Shown here: positions 6,947 through 16,254 of the stretch, in pieces
Position numbering within the stretch: position 1 is the first letter of the stretch
Layout: each line of letters starts with the position of its first letter
IMG/VR virus record: IMGVR_UViG_3300038566_000115
Span: 1 to 54,799 of that record
Source of the DNA: a virus
Taxonomy: Duplodnaviria > Caudoviricetes
Strand: one strand, 5' to 3'
Length of the DNA stretch: 54,799 nt
Program-made: the position numbers and the translations under genes
The notes under the pieces: generated by a model
Databases searched by the model: none
Told to the model about the DNA's origin: nothing
The model's input: the letters and a program-made list of their open reading frames with translations, nothing else

Positions 6947-7927
6947 ATGCCAGTACAAAGATACGCTATCGAAACTATATTGAATACGTATAGGGATAAG
7001 ATGATAATATTCTTAACGAAACAAAACAGAGCGACGGTCCCCATACCTTATGACGATACGTTCAATATACTCTACAATAATATGAGCCAAGACGCTACTC
7101 GGTTAGACACGTATAACGCTGAGGTTGAAGCAATAAATGCAGCAGCGATACACCTCCGGCATGTTGACCCTCACCTCTGTGGACTAGTAGGATTATTTTC
7201 AGACAAACAATATTACTCTAATCCCAAGGATGAGAACTTTAATAACAACACTGCAACTATTGATATAGTATGTGAGTTCCCTGCCCTATCCAGATACAAA
7301 CTATTAAGCAAAAAAAGTGACGGACTAAGGGCACTCGATAACGGAGCGGTTCAAGTAAAAACACAGGCTTCGGTGTGTATCACCCAACCCCACTTGCATA
7401 TAGGAACTAGAGGCAATAAGTTATTTACCCGCGAGTTATGTTCTCAAGTAGTTTCAGATGCTAGCCCGATTGAGTTACCTGAACCCCAGAGAGTACATGT
7501 AAAGTTACAGGCCACGCTCATTGTGGCATACCACATACTCTACGACATACTCTTCCGCTGCAATACAATCGTTCAGGTGTTTGACGCACTACCTCCTACC
7601 ACCCACCCCCTATTCTTAGAGAATAAAAGTTTAGTGAGGCTACTTGAGAAGAATAAAAACAAGCGCCCGAAACAAAAGTACATTCTCACCGACGAGGGAA
7701 AGTCAGTACTTAACCAAGCACTGCTGCCACTCATCATGTATCGGGAACTAAACGATATTGGTAGCGCCACACAGGAGAGAAGACCTGTAACTCCTGCCGC
7801 GTTTGACTACACCCTTGCGTTACCAACGGCATACTTATCTGTCACAGAACCCACTATACCACTATCGTTCCATCAACTTATTCCACAAGAGGACGGACCA
7901 CATTATGAATTGCTTGACTTGATATGA
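6947..7927 (+). CDS. Hypothetical protein (326 aa)
   Basis: Long ORF with AAGGAG RBS. No family recognised with confidence. Confidence 0.8.
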   Translation: MPVQRYAIETILNTYRDKMIIFLTKQNRATVPIPYDDTFNILYNNMSQDATRLDTYNAEVEAINAAAIHLRHVDPHLCGLVGLFSDKQYYSNPKDENFNNNTATIDIVCEFPALSRYKLLSKKSDGLRALDNGAVQVKTQASVCITQPHLHIGTRGNKLFTRELCSQVVSDASPIELPEPQRVHVKLQATLIVAYHILYDILFRCNTIVQVFDALPPTTHPLFLENKSLVRLLEKNKNKRPKQKYILTDEGKSVLNQALLPLIMYRELNDIGSATQERRPVTPAAFDYTLALPTAYLSVTEPTIPLSFHQLIPQEDGPHYELLDLI

Positions 7928-7942
7928 TGGGTTGAGTATAAA
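7914..7942 (+). promoter_or_regulatory. Sigma70-type promoter upstream of the replication module
   Basis: TTGACT (7914-7919), 17-bp spacer, TATAAA (7937-7942), followed by an intergenic gap. Confidence 0.6.
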
Positions 7943-8073
7943 GAGAAACGGTAAGAGGTCCTTATGCCTCTGGTTAGCGAGTAACGTAGGTCCCCCGCTC
8001 GTACCATAAAGGGGGTCCGCACTATCGTATAACTATATACGTACATTAACCTTTATCATAAGGAGCACTAACC

Positions 8074-8376
8074 ATGCCTGACGATAACAAACCAATAACC
8101 ATCGAGGCGTTCATTACTATGTTCGACCTCGACTTACTTGACGTTGAACACTACCTCCCGTTCAACGATGCCAGAAACACCAATGGTGTAATGACCGACC
8201 TCTTCATCATTGCTATGAAGGCGGATACGGAATCGTCCATCAAAAGTAGATTGGCCTGTATGGATGGCAACTTCTTTGCAGAATCCCCACTCAAGATGAA
8301 GCTACGCAAGAAGTCTGACCTTGCCCATTCTGGAGACAGACAACAGACTCACTTCACTACGGGGGGTTCGATATGA
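8074..8376 (+). CDS. Hypothetical protein
   Basis: AGGAGCACTAACCATG start element. Shares FxESPLK motif with the next gene. Confidence 0.75.
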   Translation: MPDDNKPITIEAFITMFDLDLLDVEHYLPFNDARNTNGVMTDLFIIAMKADTESSIKSRLACMDGNFFAESPLKMKLRKKSDLAHSGDRQQTHFTTGGSI

Positions 8377-8816
8377 TAATCGAAGACATCATACCCCACC
8401 TTAACCAAGCACATAAAGATGAGCTACTTGCGAGAGGGTATCCAAAACACACGGGTAAATTAGTAACACATGAACACACTAAAGAATTTGTGTTGGCACA
8501 GGTCAATGATAACCCCTACAAGATATCCCGAGTACGCTATATAGATGAAGAGGTAGCACTTTGCGCGGTGGACAAGGTACCCCAAACACTTGCTTACATC
8601 CCTTCGGAGTACCAGTCACCTCGTGTATGCGCACAAGCAGTAAGTAAAGGTGATTCAGACATAATAAGCTATGTGAAAGAGTGGACCCTAGATAAGTTCC
8701 TTGCTGTGTATTCAGTAGCGCCGACCCAAATAATGTTCAACTTACCACTCGGTGAGTTCGATGAATCCCCCCTCAAGATATTCATAAAGAAGGAGAAGAA
8801 AATAAATGGGCGATAA
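8373..8816 (+). CDS. DUF4116-like helical-repeat protein
   Basis: Repeats of the type EVALCAV...LAYIP / RVCAQAV...ISYV; ATGA overlap. Confidence 0.6.
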   Translation: MIIEDIIPHLNQAHKDELLARGYPKHTGKLVTHEHTKEFVLAQVNDNPYKISRVRYIDEEVALCAVDKVPQTLAYIPSEYQSPRVCAQAVSKGDSDIISYVKEWTLDKFLAVYSVAPTQIMFNLPLGEFDESPLKIFIKKEKKINGR

Positions 8817-8952
8817 CTTCTGGTGTAATAAATGCCGACGCTTCAAACCTATTGAAGACAGACGTACCCGCAAGACGCACAACGGCACGCACAACAGTTC
8901 GATATGTGCTACGTGTTTAACGAGAGTAAAGAAACCAAGGAGTAAACAGTGA
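8806..8952 (+). CDS. Small zinc-finger protein (48 aa, not in ORF track)
   Basis: MGDNFWCNKCRRFK...ICATCLTRVKKPRSKQ has two CxxC motifs; AAGGAG upstream and GTGA overlap with the next gene. Confidence 0.7.
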   Translation: MGDNFWCNKCRRFKPIEDRRTRKTHNGTHNSSICATCLTRVKKPRSKQ

Positions 8953-9227
8953 ACGTAAATGATTATATCAGAGTAGTAGATAATATATCCGATAGGATAA
9001 AGGCGGTACGTGATAGCTTCTGGATGCTGATGTTAATCACAGCGATAATAGCCTTAGCGATATCGTACCTATCCCCAAGAGACTCGACCGACTACCCCGA
9101 TAGTCGAAGCAATATGGAACTTCACATTGACGCGAAGACGGGATGCCACTACTTAAGTACTAAGTACGGCGGGATAATAAAACGCACTGACAAAAAGGGT
9201 AAGCACATTTGTTGGGGGAAGGAATGA
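8949..9227 (+). CDS. Membrane-anchored DUF6440-like protein
   Basis: One TM helix, then HIDAKTGCHYLS..GGI..R.D..GKHIC. Confidence 0.6.
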   Translation: MNVNDYIRVVDNISDRIKAVRDSFWMLMLITAIIALAISYLSPRDSTDYPDSRSNMELHIDAKTGCHYLSTKYGGIIKRTDKKGKHICWGKE

Positions 9228-11092
9228 AAATAGTTACGCTTGACTTCGAGAGCTACTACGATTCTGACTGTGGGTTCGCTAAACAGATAACCCAAGAGTA
9301 TGTGCTCGACCCTAAGTTCGAGTCACTGATGGTGACAGTAAAGGTAAGCGACTCCCCAACTTACGTTATACAGGGGACACACGACGAGATAGGCGAGCAG
9401 TTACGCGGTGCGGTTGACTGGAGTGAGTATGCCGTATGCGCACACAACACACGATTTGATGCTGCGATTATGGTGTGGCTGTACGACATACACCCTAAGT
9501 TTTTCCTCGATACTATGTCTATGATGAACGCCAAGGTCAAGCCTATCACCGGCGGAAGTTCGCTTGCTGTGGGTGCGGAGTATTTCGACTTACATAGTAA
9601 AGGTACGGCGGTTACTAATGCGAAGGGAAAGCGGCGGCGTAACTTTACAATCGAGGAATGGAAGGAGTACATAGAGTATGGCATACATGATACCGACCTA
9701 TGCTATGCGATACTTATGAAACTCTTACCTAAGTTCACCCGCCAAGAACTACTTATCATGGACCACAATCTGCGGATGTTCTTATATCCACAACTAGAAT
9801 TAGATGGTGGCTTACTACGACAACACCGTGATGATTTAGCCGCAGCTAAACGCAAGGTACTAACGAACCCTGTACTAAACGCTGCGTTATTAATAAAAGA
9901 TGAGGAGGAAATAATCGCCGCACTCAGGAGCGATGAGCGATTTTCTAAAGCACTGAAAGTTCTTGGCTGTCCAGTTAAGGAGAAGTGGTCAGACAAGCAG
10001 CAGAAGATGGTACCTGCCCTAGCGAAGACAGACCAGTTCATGCTGCGCCTAGTTAAGCTAAGTGAGGACCACCCCGTAGGCGTGATTGCGAGAGCGAGAG
10101 TGATGGTTAAGTCGACCATTGAAGAGTCACGTACAGGCAGGTTCTTAAGTATAGCGTCTCTCAGCCCGATGCTACCTGTCCCGTTGCGTTACTCTGCGGC
10201 ACACACCCACCGATTTGGCGGCGACGACAAACTTAACCTACAAAACCTACAGAGGGGTAGCCTATTACGTAAGGCAATCCGCGCACCAAAAGGAAAGAAA
10301 ATTGTAGTATGTGATTTATCACAGGTGGAGGCACGGGTTAACGCATGGCATTGCGGGGAGCATGCTATGCTCGATGTATGGAGAAGAGGCGGCGATATCT
10401 ATTGCGCGTTCGCATCTGCAGCGTTTGGATTTGAAGTAACCAAAGCCGATAAAGACCACCGATTCTTAGGGAAGACAGCGATACTAGGACTAGGATTTGG
10501 GATGGGCATTGCTAGGTTCACCGATACACTACGGGATGCGGGTGTGAATGACTACGAGGCTGTAGCACACACGTTATTTAATTCATACCGAGGTACGTAC
10601 CGCCGGATTGTAGGTGGGTGGAAGCGACTCGAATTGCGATGGCGTGAAGCGCTGAACGTAGGGGGGCAGATACCCTACGATGTCACGGAGTCATCCTATA
10701 TAGAGGGATACAAAGTGTTTATGCCTCATGGCCTTGAACTGATGTACCCCGACATACACCATTCACTAGACCAGCGAGGCTTAGTGTTTACAAAGGCTAA
10801 AGGCAAAGCTAAGTATTATACCTCTATATGGGGTGGCACCCTCGTTGAGAATCTAGTCCAAGCACTGGCCCGCGCAATACTTGCTGACCAGTGGGTACGA
10901 ATCTACAAACGTACAGGGCTGCGCCCCGCGATGCAGGTACACGACGAGTTAATCTACGTGGTGGATGAAGATAAAGCCGAGTCGATACTTGATATTGTAA
11001 TAGAGGAAATGTGTATCCCCCCTGCGTGGTGCGCTGACCTACCCCTCGATGCAGAAGGCGACATCGCCGACAACTATGGAGAAGCAAAGTAA
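9224..11092 (+). CDS. polA: Family A DNA polymerase with 3'-5' exonuclease
   Basis: ExoI DFES, ExoII HNTRFD, ExoIII YGIHD; motif A DLSQVEAR, motif B RFLGKTAILGLGFG, motif C VHDE. Confidence 0.95.
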   Translation: MKIVTLDFESYYDSDCGFAKQITQEYVLDPKFESLMVTVKVSDSPTYVIQGTHDEIGEQLRGAVDWSEYAVCAHNTRFDAAIMVWLYDIHPKFFLDTMSMMNAKVKPITGGSSLAVGAEYFDLHSKGTAVTNAKGKRRRNFTIEEWKEYIEYGIHDTDLCYAILMKLLPKFTRQELLIMDHNLRMFLYPQLELDGGLLRQHRDDLAAAKRKVLTNPVLNAALLIKDEEEIIAALRSDERFSKALKVLGCPVKEKWSDKQQKMVPALAKTDQFMLRLVKLSEDHPVGVIARARVMVKSTIEESRTGRFLSIASLSPMLPVPLRYSAAHTHRFGGDDKLNLQNLQRGSLLRKAIRAPKGKKIVVCDLSQVEARVNAWHCGEHAMLDVWRRGGDIYCAFASAAFGFEVTKADKDHRFLGKTAILGLGFGMGIARFTDTLRDAGVNDYEAVAHTLFNSYRGTYRRIVGGWKRLELRWREALNVGGQIPYDVTESSYIEGYKVFMPHGLELMYPDIHHSLDQRGLVFTKAKGKAKYYTSIWGGTLVENLVQALARAILADQWVRIYKRTGLRPAMQVHDELIYVVDEDKAESILDIVIEEMCIPPAWCADLPLDAEGDIADNYGEAK

Positions 11093-11358
11093 TGGCTATG
11101 CACACACAACCCGCACTAGAGAACACCTTGGTCGGTGCAGCCACCCTATCTAACCGAAAGGACCCACTACCTAAAGAGAATAAAGGCTACACCTCTATAA
11201 CAATCTGTTCGGTAAGTAACGGATGGGTGTTATATAACGGAAATAACGAACCCTATGCCAAAAATAGTATAGTCGCAGTATTCAATTCCCTCCCCGCTAT
11301 GCAAGCGTGGATAACCAACAACTTAACCAACCAACAGGAGAACCACAATGAGCAGTAA
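11092..11358 (+). CDS. Hypothetical protein
   Basis: TAATG coupling to polymerase; ITICSVSNGWVL motif. Confidence 0.65.
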   Translation: MAMHTQPALENTLVGAATLSNRKDPLPKENKGYTSITICSVSNGWVLYNGNNEPYAKNSIVAVFNSLPAMQAWITNNLTNQQENHNEQ

Positions 11359-11668
11359 AGAAAAATCTATCGAGGAGTATATAGCGGAGAACACTAATAC
11401 GTTAGAAGCACTACGCAAAGGGGATATTACGTCACAAATAATAATGTCTAGGGGAGAGGAGGACTTATCGATGGCTATGATTGGAACGCGGAGGGAACGT
11501 ATACGCCTACTGATGTTCATGATACCGAAGTTAGCAGGAGTACTAAAGCTAGATGAAGATACATTTAAGGAATTAGTACAGATGTCATTCGACGCAGTGA
11601 ACGAAGCGAAAAGACAGCACGCTCTAGTTGAGAACGCTGAGTCTGAGGACGGGTGTTTCACCGCATGA
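11348..11668 (+). CDS. Hypothetical protein
   Basis: AGGAG RBS; coupled to neighbours. Confidence 0.7.
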   Translation: MSSKEKSIEEYIAENTNTLEALRKGDITSQIIMSRGEEDLSMAMIGTRRERIRLLMFMIPKLAGVLKLDEDTFKELVQMSFDAVNEAKRQHALVENAESEDGCFTA

Positions 11669-12324
11669 AAAAACCATTCGCCTTTTCATTCAGTCACCTC
11701 AATGCATTTGAGACCTGCCCTAAGAAGTACTACTACACGTACATCGATAAGAAGTATAGCGATAAGAACGCGAGTAATGAGTGGGGTAATAAGGTACATG
11801 AACACATAGAGAACTACATGCGCGATGATGTGCGTTTGCCTATGGAGTTAACCTACCTCGCGCCTATCCTCGAACCTTATAAAAAGATGAAGGGAGAAAA
11901 ATTATTTGAGCAGCAGTTAGCGCTTACCCGCGACTTCCAACCCTCTGATTGGTTTAGTAAGTTTACCTATTGCCGTAGCATTATTGACTTCCTCGCGGTG
12001 GGTGACACTACTGCGGTGGTAGTTGATTGGAAGACCGGCAACCGAATCAATAAAGATTTTATTCAGTTGGAAATGGCGGGTGCTATATTGATGGCATTCA
12101 GGCCGGAGATACATAAAGTTATTTTGCGGTATGAATACTTCGCACACCGAAAGGGATTTACTGATAGCGTTACTCGTGACGACATCCCCATCATATGGAA
12201 TAAAATACTACCTCGTGCCAACGCGGTAGAACATGCGCGGAAGAACGATGAGTTCCCCGCTAAACCTAACGGACTTTGCAAGAAGTGGTGTCAAGTAAAG
12301 TCCTGCCCACACAATGGAGAATGA
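11665..12324 (+). CDS. PD-(D/E)XK Cas4/RecB-like exonuclease with Fe-S cysteines
   Basis: SFSHLNAFETCP, GNKVHE, IDF...DWKTG and C-terminal CKKWCQVKSC. Confidence 0.85.
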   Translation: MKKPFAFSFSHLNAFETCPKKYYYTYIDKKYSDKNASNEWGNKVHEHIENYMRDDVRLPMELTYLAPILEPYKKMKGEKLFEQQLALTRDFQPSDWFSKFTYCRSIIDFLAVGDTTAVVVDWKTGNRINKDFIQLEMAGAILMAFRPEIHKVILRYEYFAHRKGFTDSVTRDDIPIIWNKILPRANAVEHARKNDEFPAKPNGLCKKWCQVKSCPHNGE

Positions 12325-12502
12325 TATGTTTAAACAAATTAAGAATTGGTTCTTATGTTTACTTGGCCATGATTACACCTGCGTTCATGAACTAGGAATA
12401 CCGCCTTCCACCGCCCAACTTAAACGGGGAATGGAAGGATATTTAGAGTACGCTACGATGTACTGCCGGCGATGTGGCCATATGTATGGGCATAAGCGAT
12501 GA
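12314..12502 (+). CDS. DUF1660-like small Cys/His protein
   Basis: LCLLGHDY...CRRCG pattern. Confidence 0.6.
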   Translation: MENDMFKQIKNWFLCLLGHDYTCVHELGIPPSTAQLKRGMEGYLEYATMYCRRCGHMYGHKR

Positions 12503-12801
12503 GTAATATATCCGAAGGGAAGGTGAAAAAAGCAGTAAAGGACACTCTGAATACGTTCGGTGCGTATTATCATATGCCAGTACAGAACGGTATGGGACAA
12601 CCGACCCTCGATTTTGTTGGGTGCTACGAGGGTTTGTTCTTTGCGATTGAAACAAAAGCGCCTAAGAAAAAGATGACACCTCGCCAACTCCTTACACAAC
12701 GTAAGATGGAGGATGCGGGAGGTAAAGTATTTATGGTTGATTCCACCGAGGGTGGGACACTGGATATCTTAATCCGGTGGTTAATTGAGAACGGAGATTA
12801 G
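12499..12801 (+). CDS. VRR-NUC domain nuclease
   Basis: E..VK...GQPTLDF...FFAIETKAP....TPRQ....GG.V. Confidence 0.85.
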   Translation: MSNISEGKVKKAVKDTLNTFGAYYHMPVQNGMGQPTLDFVGCYEGLFFAIETKAPKKKMTPRQLLTQRKMEDAGGKVFMVDSTEGGTLDILIRWLIENGD

Positions 12802-12802
12802 T

Positions 12803-13084
12803 ATGACTGATATACGTAACACATTGAAAGAGCGTGAAGCTACACACGGCCACTACCACCACACAGCCGCAGGGGTTCAGGGTATGAAAGAGGCGATGCG
12901 TTTGGGCCAATCATGGAACCGATTATCTTGGCAACAGAAGGAAGGATTAGAAATGATAGTACATAAGATAAGCCGTATGGTTAACGGCGACCCCTACCAC
13001 CCCGACCATATCAAAGACATCATTGGTTATGCCACCCTAGTCGAAGATTCAATGGAAGCAGTGGAGGTGTGTGATGGACATTAA
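12803..13084 (+). CDS. DUF6378-like protein
   Basis: LKERE..HG...W..L...QKEGLEMI.HKISR..NGDP...D...DIIGYA.L. Confidence 0.75.
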   Translation: MTDIRNTLKEREATHGHYHHTAAGVQGMKEAMRLGQSWNRLSWQQKEGLEMIVHKISRMVNGDPYHPDHIKDIIGYATLVEDSMEAVEVCDGH

Positions 13085-13331
13085 ACAAACCCCACTCGAA
13101 AAGATTATCGCACTACGAGATTTACTTGAGACTAACGGAATATCAGCTGAGCCTATCATCTACATACTAACGAAAGATGAAGCTAACCAAGTAGCCGAAG
13201 ACCTATTACCAACGATTGAAACAAACGATAGACTCGAATTAGCGAGGGGCATCGGTAAAGGAGTAGCGTGGAAGATGCTCGATGGTAGTAAGGTACATGG
13301 ATTTAAGGTAGCCGTTAATGCCAATGGATAA
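13071..13331 (+). CDS. Hypothetical protein
   Basis: GGAGG RBS; coupled in operon. Confidence 0.7.
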   Translation: MMDIKQTPLEKIIALRDLLETNGISAEPIIYILTKDEANQVAEDLLPTIETNDRLELARGIGKGVAWKMLDGSKVHGFKVAVNANG

Positions 13332-14892
13332 GGTTGTTATCTCTAAAGCCCACAAGATGGTCTTAGTCCCCAACAAATCAATGTCTAGCCTGATACCCCA
13401 CACCAAGCAAGTAACAATGCGTGGGGTTAACTACTCCTGTATACCCCATGGTATCGAGGAAACTAAAGTACTACGTAACATAGGGTACGATGTACCAAGC
13501 CCAATCCGTCACCACTATGATTGGGCAGGTAGCACAGAGGTATATGATACCCAACGCGACACCGCTGAACTAATGGTGGATAACAACGCTGCATATATCC
13601 TTAACTCCATGGGTACTGGTAAGACCAGAGCATCATTATTCGCAACCGATTACTTACTCAAAGAGGGTAGGATTGATAAGGTAATAATCTTAGCGCCGCT
13701 ATCTACACTGACGCATACGTGGGAGCGGGAGATATTCATGTGCTTCCCCCACCGTAGTGCCATATCACTACACCATCCACAAAAGGCACAGCGCCTAAAG
13801 CGTATGATGGAGGATAGGGATTACTACATTATTAACCATGATGGCGTGAAGGTAATACTGCGCGAACTACTCGTCAACATGAAGTTATGGGGGCGAGTCG
13901 CTATCATCATTGATGAACTTGCTGTATTGCGGAATCAGAAGACTGCGCGGTGGAAGGCGGTCAATCAAATGGTAAGGCAGAGTTCTTACGCATGGGGTAT
14001 GACAGGTGGTCCAGTACCAAAAGAACCCACTGATGCTTATGGACAAGTGAAGTTACTTACGCCCAACCGTGTACCTAAATACTTTAAGAAGTTCAAAGAA
14101 CTTACCATGCTGCAGATAACGCAGTTCAAGTGGATACCGAAACGCGAGGCGCTCGATGTGGTGTACGATGCTATGCGACCTAGTGTTAGGTTTACTCGTG
14201 ATGATTGTTTCGACCTGCCACCAGTCACGTACTCAACACGAGAGATTAAGTTATCGAAGACTCAGGAATTAGCAGGCAAGAAAATGTGGGATTACTTTGT
14301 GCATGAGGATTCCCAAGGGCTTATCACTGCCGCTAACTCAGCGGTAAGGATAGGAAAATTAATCCAGATATATGGAGGGTTTGTATACTCGGACGAACAA
14401 AAGATAATTAGCCTGTCCCCTGATGATAGGTTACGCGAGGTAGAAGAAATCATCAATGAAGCAGAGGGTAAGGTCATTGTATTCTGTGGGTATAGACACA
14501 CTGTCGATTCTGTCACGGATTTTTTATCTACCAATTTCAAGGTGGATAAGGTCTACGGTTCGACCAGTAAAACAAAACGTGACGAACTCTTTACAGACTT
14601 CCAGTTTGGTAGTAAGTTAGATGTTCTTGTCGCTCATCCACAGACGATGGCGCACGGACTTACGTTGACCGCTGCGAATACTATTATCTGGTACCAACCG
14701 ATAATGGACCTTGAAATCTTTGACCAAGCAAACGCCCGTATTACAAGGGCTGGACAGACAAGACCCCAACACATCGTGAAACTTGTTGCGAGTAAGATTG
14801 AAACTGCAGTATACAAAAGACTACAGCAGCGGTCGGATACGCAGAACTTACTACTCGATATGTTACATGGGGAAAACTTAACAGAATTTTAG
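13318..14892 (+). CDS. SNF2-family (SF2) helicase
   Basis: MGTGKT, IIDE, MTGGP, HGLTLT and QANARITRAGQ motifs. Confidence 0.92.
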   Translation: MPMDKVVISKAHKMVLVPNKSMSSLIPHTKQVTMRGVNYSCIPHGIEETKVLRNIGYDVPSPIRHHYDWAGSTEVYDTQRDTAELMVDNNAAYILNSMGTGKTRASLFATDYLLKEGRIDKVIILAPLSTLTHTWEREIFMCFPHRSAISLHHPQKAQRLKRMMEDRDYYIINHDGVKVILRELLVNMKLWGRVAIIIDELAVLRNQKTARWKAVNQMVRQSSYAWGMTGGPVPKEPTDAYGQVKLLTPNRVPKYFKKFKELTMLQITQFKWIPKREALDVVYDAMRPSVRFTRDDCFDLPPVTYSTREIKLSKTQELAGKKMWDYFVHEDSQGLITAANSAVRIGKLIQIYGGFVYSDEQKIISLSPDDRLREVEEIINEAEGKVIVFCGYRHTVDSVTDFLSTNFKVDKVYGSTSKTKRDELFTDFQFGSKLDVLVAHPQTMAHGLTLTAANTIIWYQPIMDLEIFDQANARITRAGQTRPQHIVKLVASKIETAVYKRLQQRSDTQNLLLDMLHGENLTEF

Positions 14893-14904
14893 GAGGTGCT
14901 AACC

Positions 14905-15291
14905 ATGCCCACAATAGAAGAAGTAATCGCTGAGTACCAAGAACTCAAGACCAAGAAGAAATTGACAGAGGACAAACTTAAGGAAGCACTTGGCCCTACA
15001 GTACAACGCATGGATAAAATAAAAGCTGTACTAAAGGAATTCCTACAGAAGCAAGGAGCGGATAACACTTCTACTCCTGCCGGCACCGCGTACCTAACCA
15101 CAAAGACCAGCACTACAGTCAAAGACAAGGCAGCATTCTTTGACTACTGCAACGAGGGCGATAACTGGGAGTTCGCTGATATCCGCGCAAGTAAAACCAA
15201 TATCATGGCACAACTAGAAAAGACAGGCGAAGTACCTGCCGGTGTTTCTATCAATCAATTCATCGACGTTAACATTAGAAAAGGTAAATAA
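14905..15291 (+). CDS. Conserved-type phage protein preceding SSB-like gene
   Basis: AGGAGG RBS; N-terminal coiled coil, TPAGTAY and VPAGV motifs. Confidence 0.75.
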   Translation: MPTIEEVIAEYQELKTKKKLTEDKLKEALGPTVQRMDKIKAVLKEFLQKQGADNTSTPAGTAYLTTKTSTTVKDKAAFFDYCNEGDNWEFADIRASKTNIMAQLEKTGEVPAGVSINQFIDVNIRKGK

Positions 15292-15292
15292 C

Positions 15293-16234
15293 ATGTCAGA
15301 ACTAATCGCAGTAACTAATAAACTACCCGCTAACATGGCGGCGTTGTTCGCACCAGAATTGAATAACGACCTTACGGCTAACGTAGGTTCCTCATTCCCA
15401 ATCCTATCTATAAAGGGGAGTAAGTGGGCGGTACGTTATTCCGGTGATACGGAGCCGATGTTAAATGCAGAGGGTGATTCAGTCCCTGCTATCCAAGTTG
15501 TTATATTGCAGTCGAACCCGAACGTAACGAAGACTTACTATAAAGGTAAGTACGAGGAGGGTGACGATGCTCAACCAGACTGCGCATCATGTGATGGTAA
15601 GACACCCGATAAAGGCGTAGAAAATCCTGTCGCTAAAAGTTGTGAGGGATGTCCTATGAATGCGTGGGGTTCTCGCATAACAGAGAGCGGTAAAGATGGT
15701 AAGGCTTGCCAAGATTCTCGCAGGGTAGCAGTGCTATCTGCCGGCGACCTTAAGTCTGATGTGTTCGATGGCAACCCACTATTGCTAAGAGTACCGGCCA
15801 CATCACTCAAAGAATTGTCCGCTTACTCACGACAACTCAGCGCACAAGGACTAAGCTATAAAGCCGTAGTTACTAAGGTGTCATTCGACCCCGAAGCAGC
15901 TTATCCTAAACTTATGTTCAAGGCAGTACGAGCATTAAACGAAGAGGAACTTATGAGTGTAGTCGAACACATCAAAGGTGAGACGTATAAGCCATTGTTC
16001 GAGGGTGTTGATATAGTAAGCTCTAACAACGATGGTAAGAAACCTGCCGCCAAGAAAGCTGCCACTAAGAAACCTGCCGCGAAGAAAGCTACCACTAAGA
16101 AACCTGCACCAGAACCAGTGGAAGTCGAAGCGGAACCAGAGGTGGTAGAAGCTGAGCCTGTAGAGGAGAAGACAGAGGTGGCCTCGTCAGATTTAGACGA
16201 CGAGCTAGCCAGTATCCTTGACGGCTTAGATTAA
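15293..16234 (+). CDS. Putative ssDNA-binding/annealing protein
   Basis: Cys motifs (CASCDG, CEGCP, KAC), Lys/Ala linker and acidic tail DLDDELASILDGLD; lies between helicase and primase. Confidence 0.6.
   Translation: MSELIAVTNKLPANMAALFAPELNNDLTANVGSSFPILSIKGSKWAVRYSGDTEPMLNAEGDSVPAIQVVILQSNPNVTKTYYKGKYEEGDDAQPDCASCDGKTPDKGVENPVAKSCEGCPMNAWGSRITESGKDGKACQDSRRVAVLSAGDLKSDVFDGNPLLLRVPATSLKELSAYSRQLSAQGLSYKAVVTKVSFDPEAAYPKLMFKAVRALNEEELMSVVEHIKGETYKPLFEGVDIVSSNNDGKKPAAKKAATKKPAAKKATTKKPAPEPVEVEAEPEVVEAEPVEEKTEVASSDLDDELASILDGLD
16036..16107 (+). repeat. 30-bp coding tandem repeat (KKPAAKKAAT) x2.4
   Basis: TAAGAAACCTGCCGC at 16036 and 16066, partial at 16096. Confidence 0.9.
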
Positions 16235-16254
16235 TTAATACCATAGGGGGCGCT

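Noticed and set aside
6947-7927. Nmad5-like domain
   Set aside because: Only a faint resemblance around LFRCNTIVQVFDALP; not enough to call.
11665-12324. Cas4 as evidence of a CRISPR system
   Set aside because: Stand-alone Cas4-like exonucleases are routine in phage replication modules; no other cas genes are present.
12803-13084. Modified-base (Z or deazaguanine) DNA pathway
   Set aside because: Only a DUF6378-like gene is present; no purZ, queuosine-pathway or dpdA genes were recognised.
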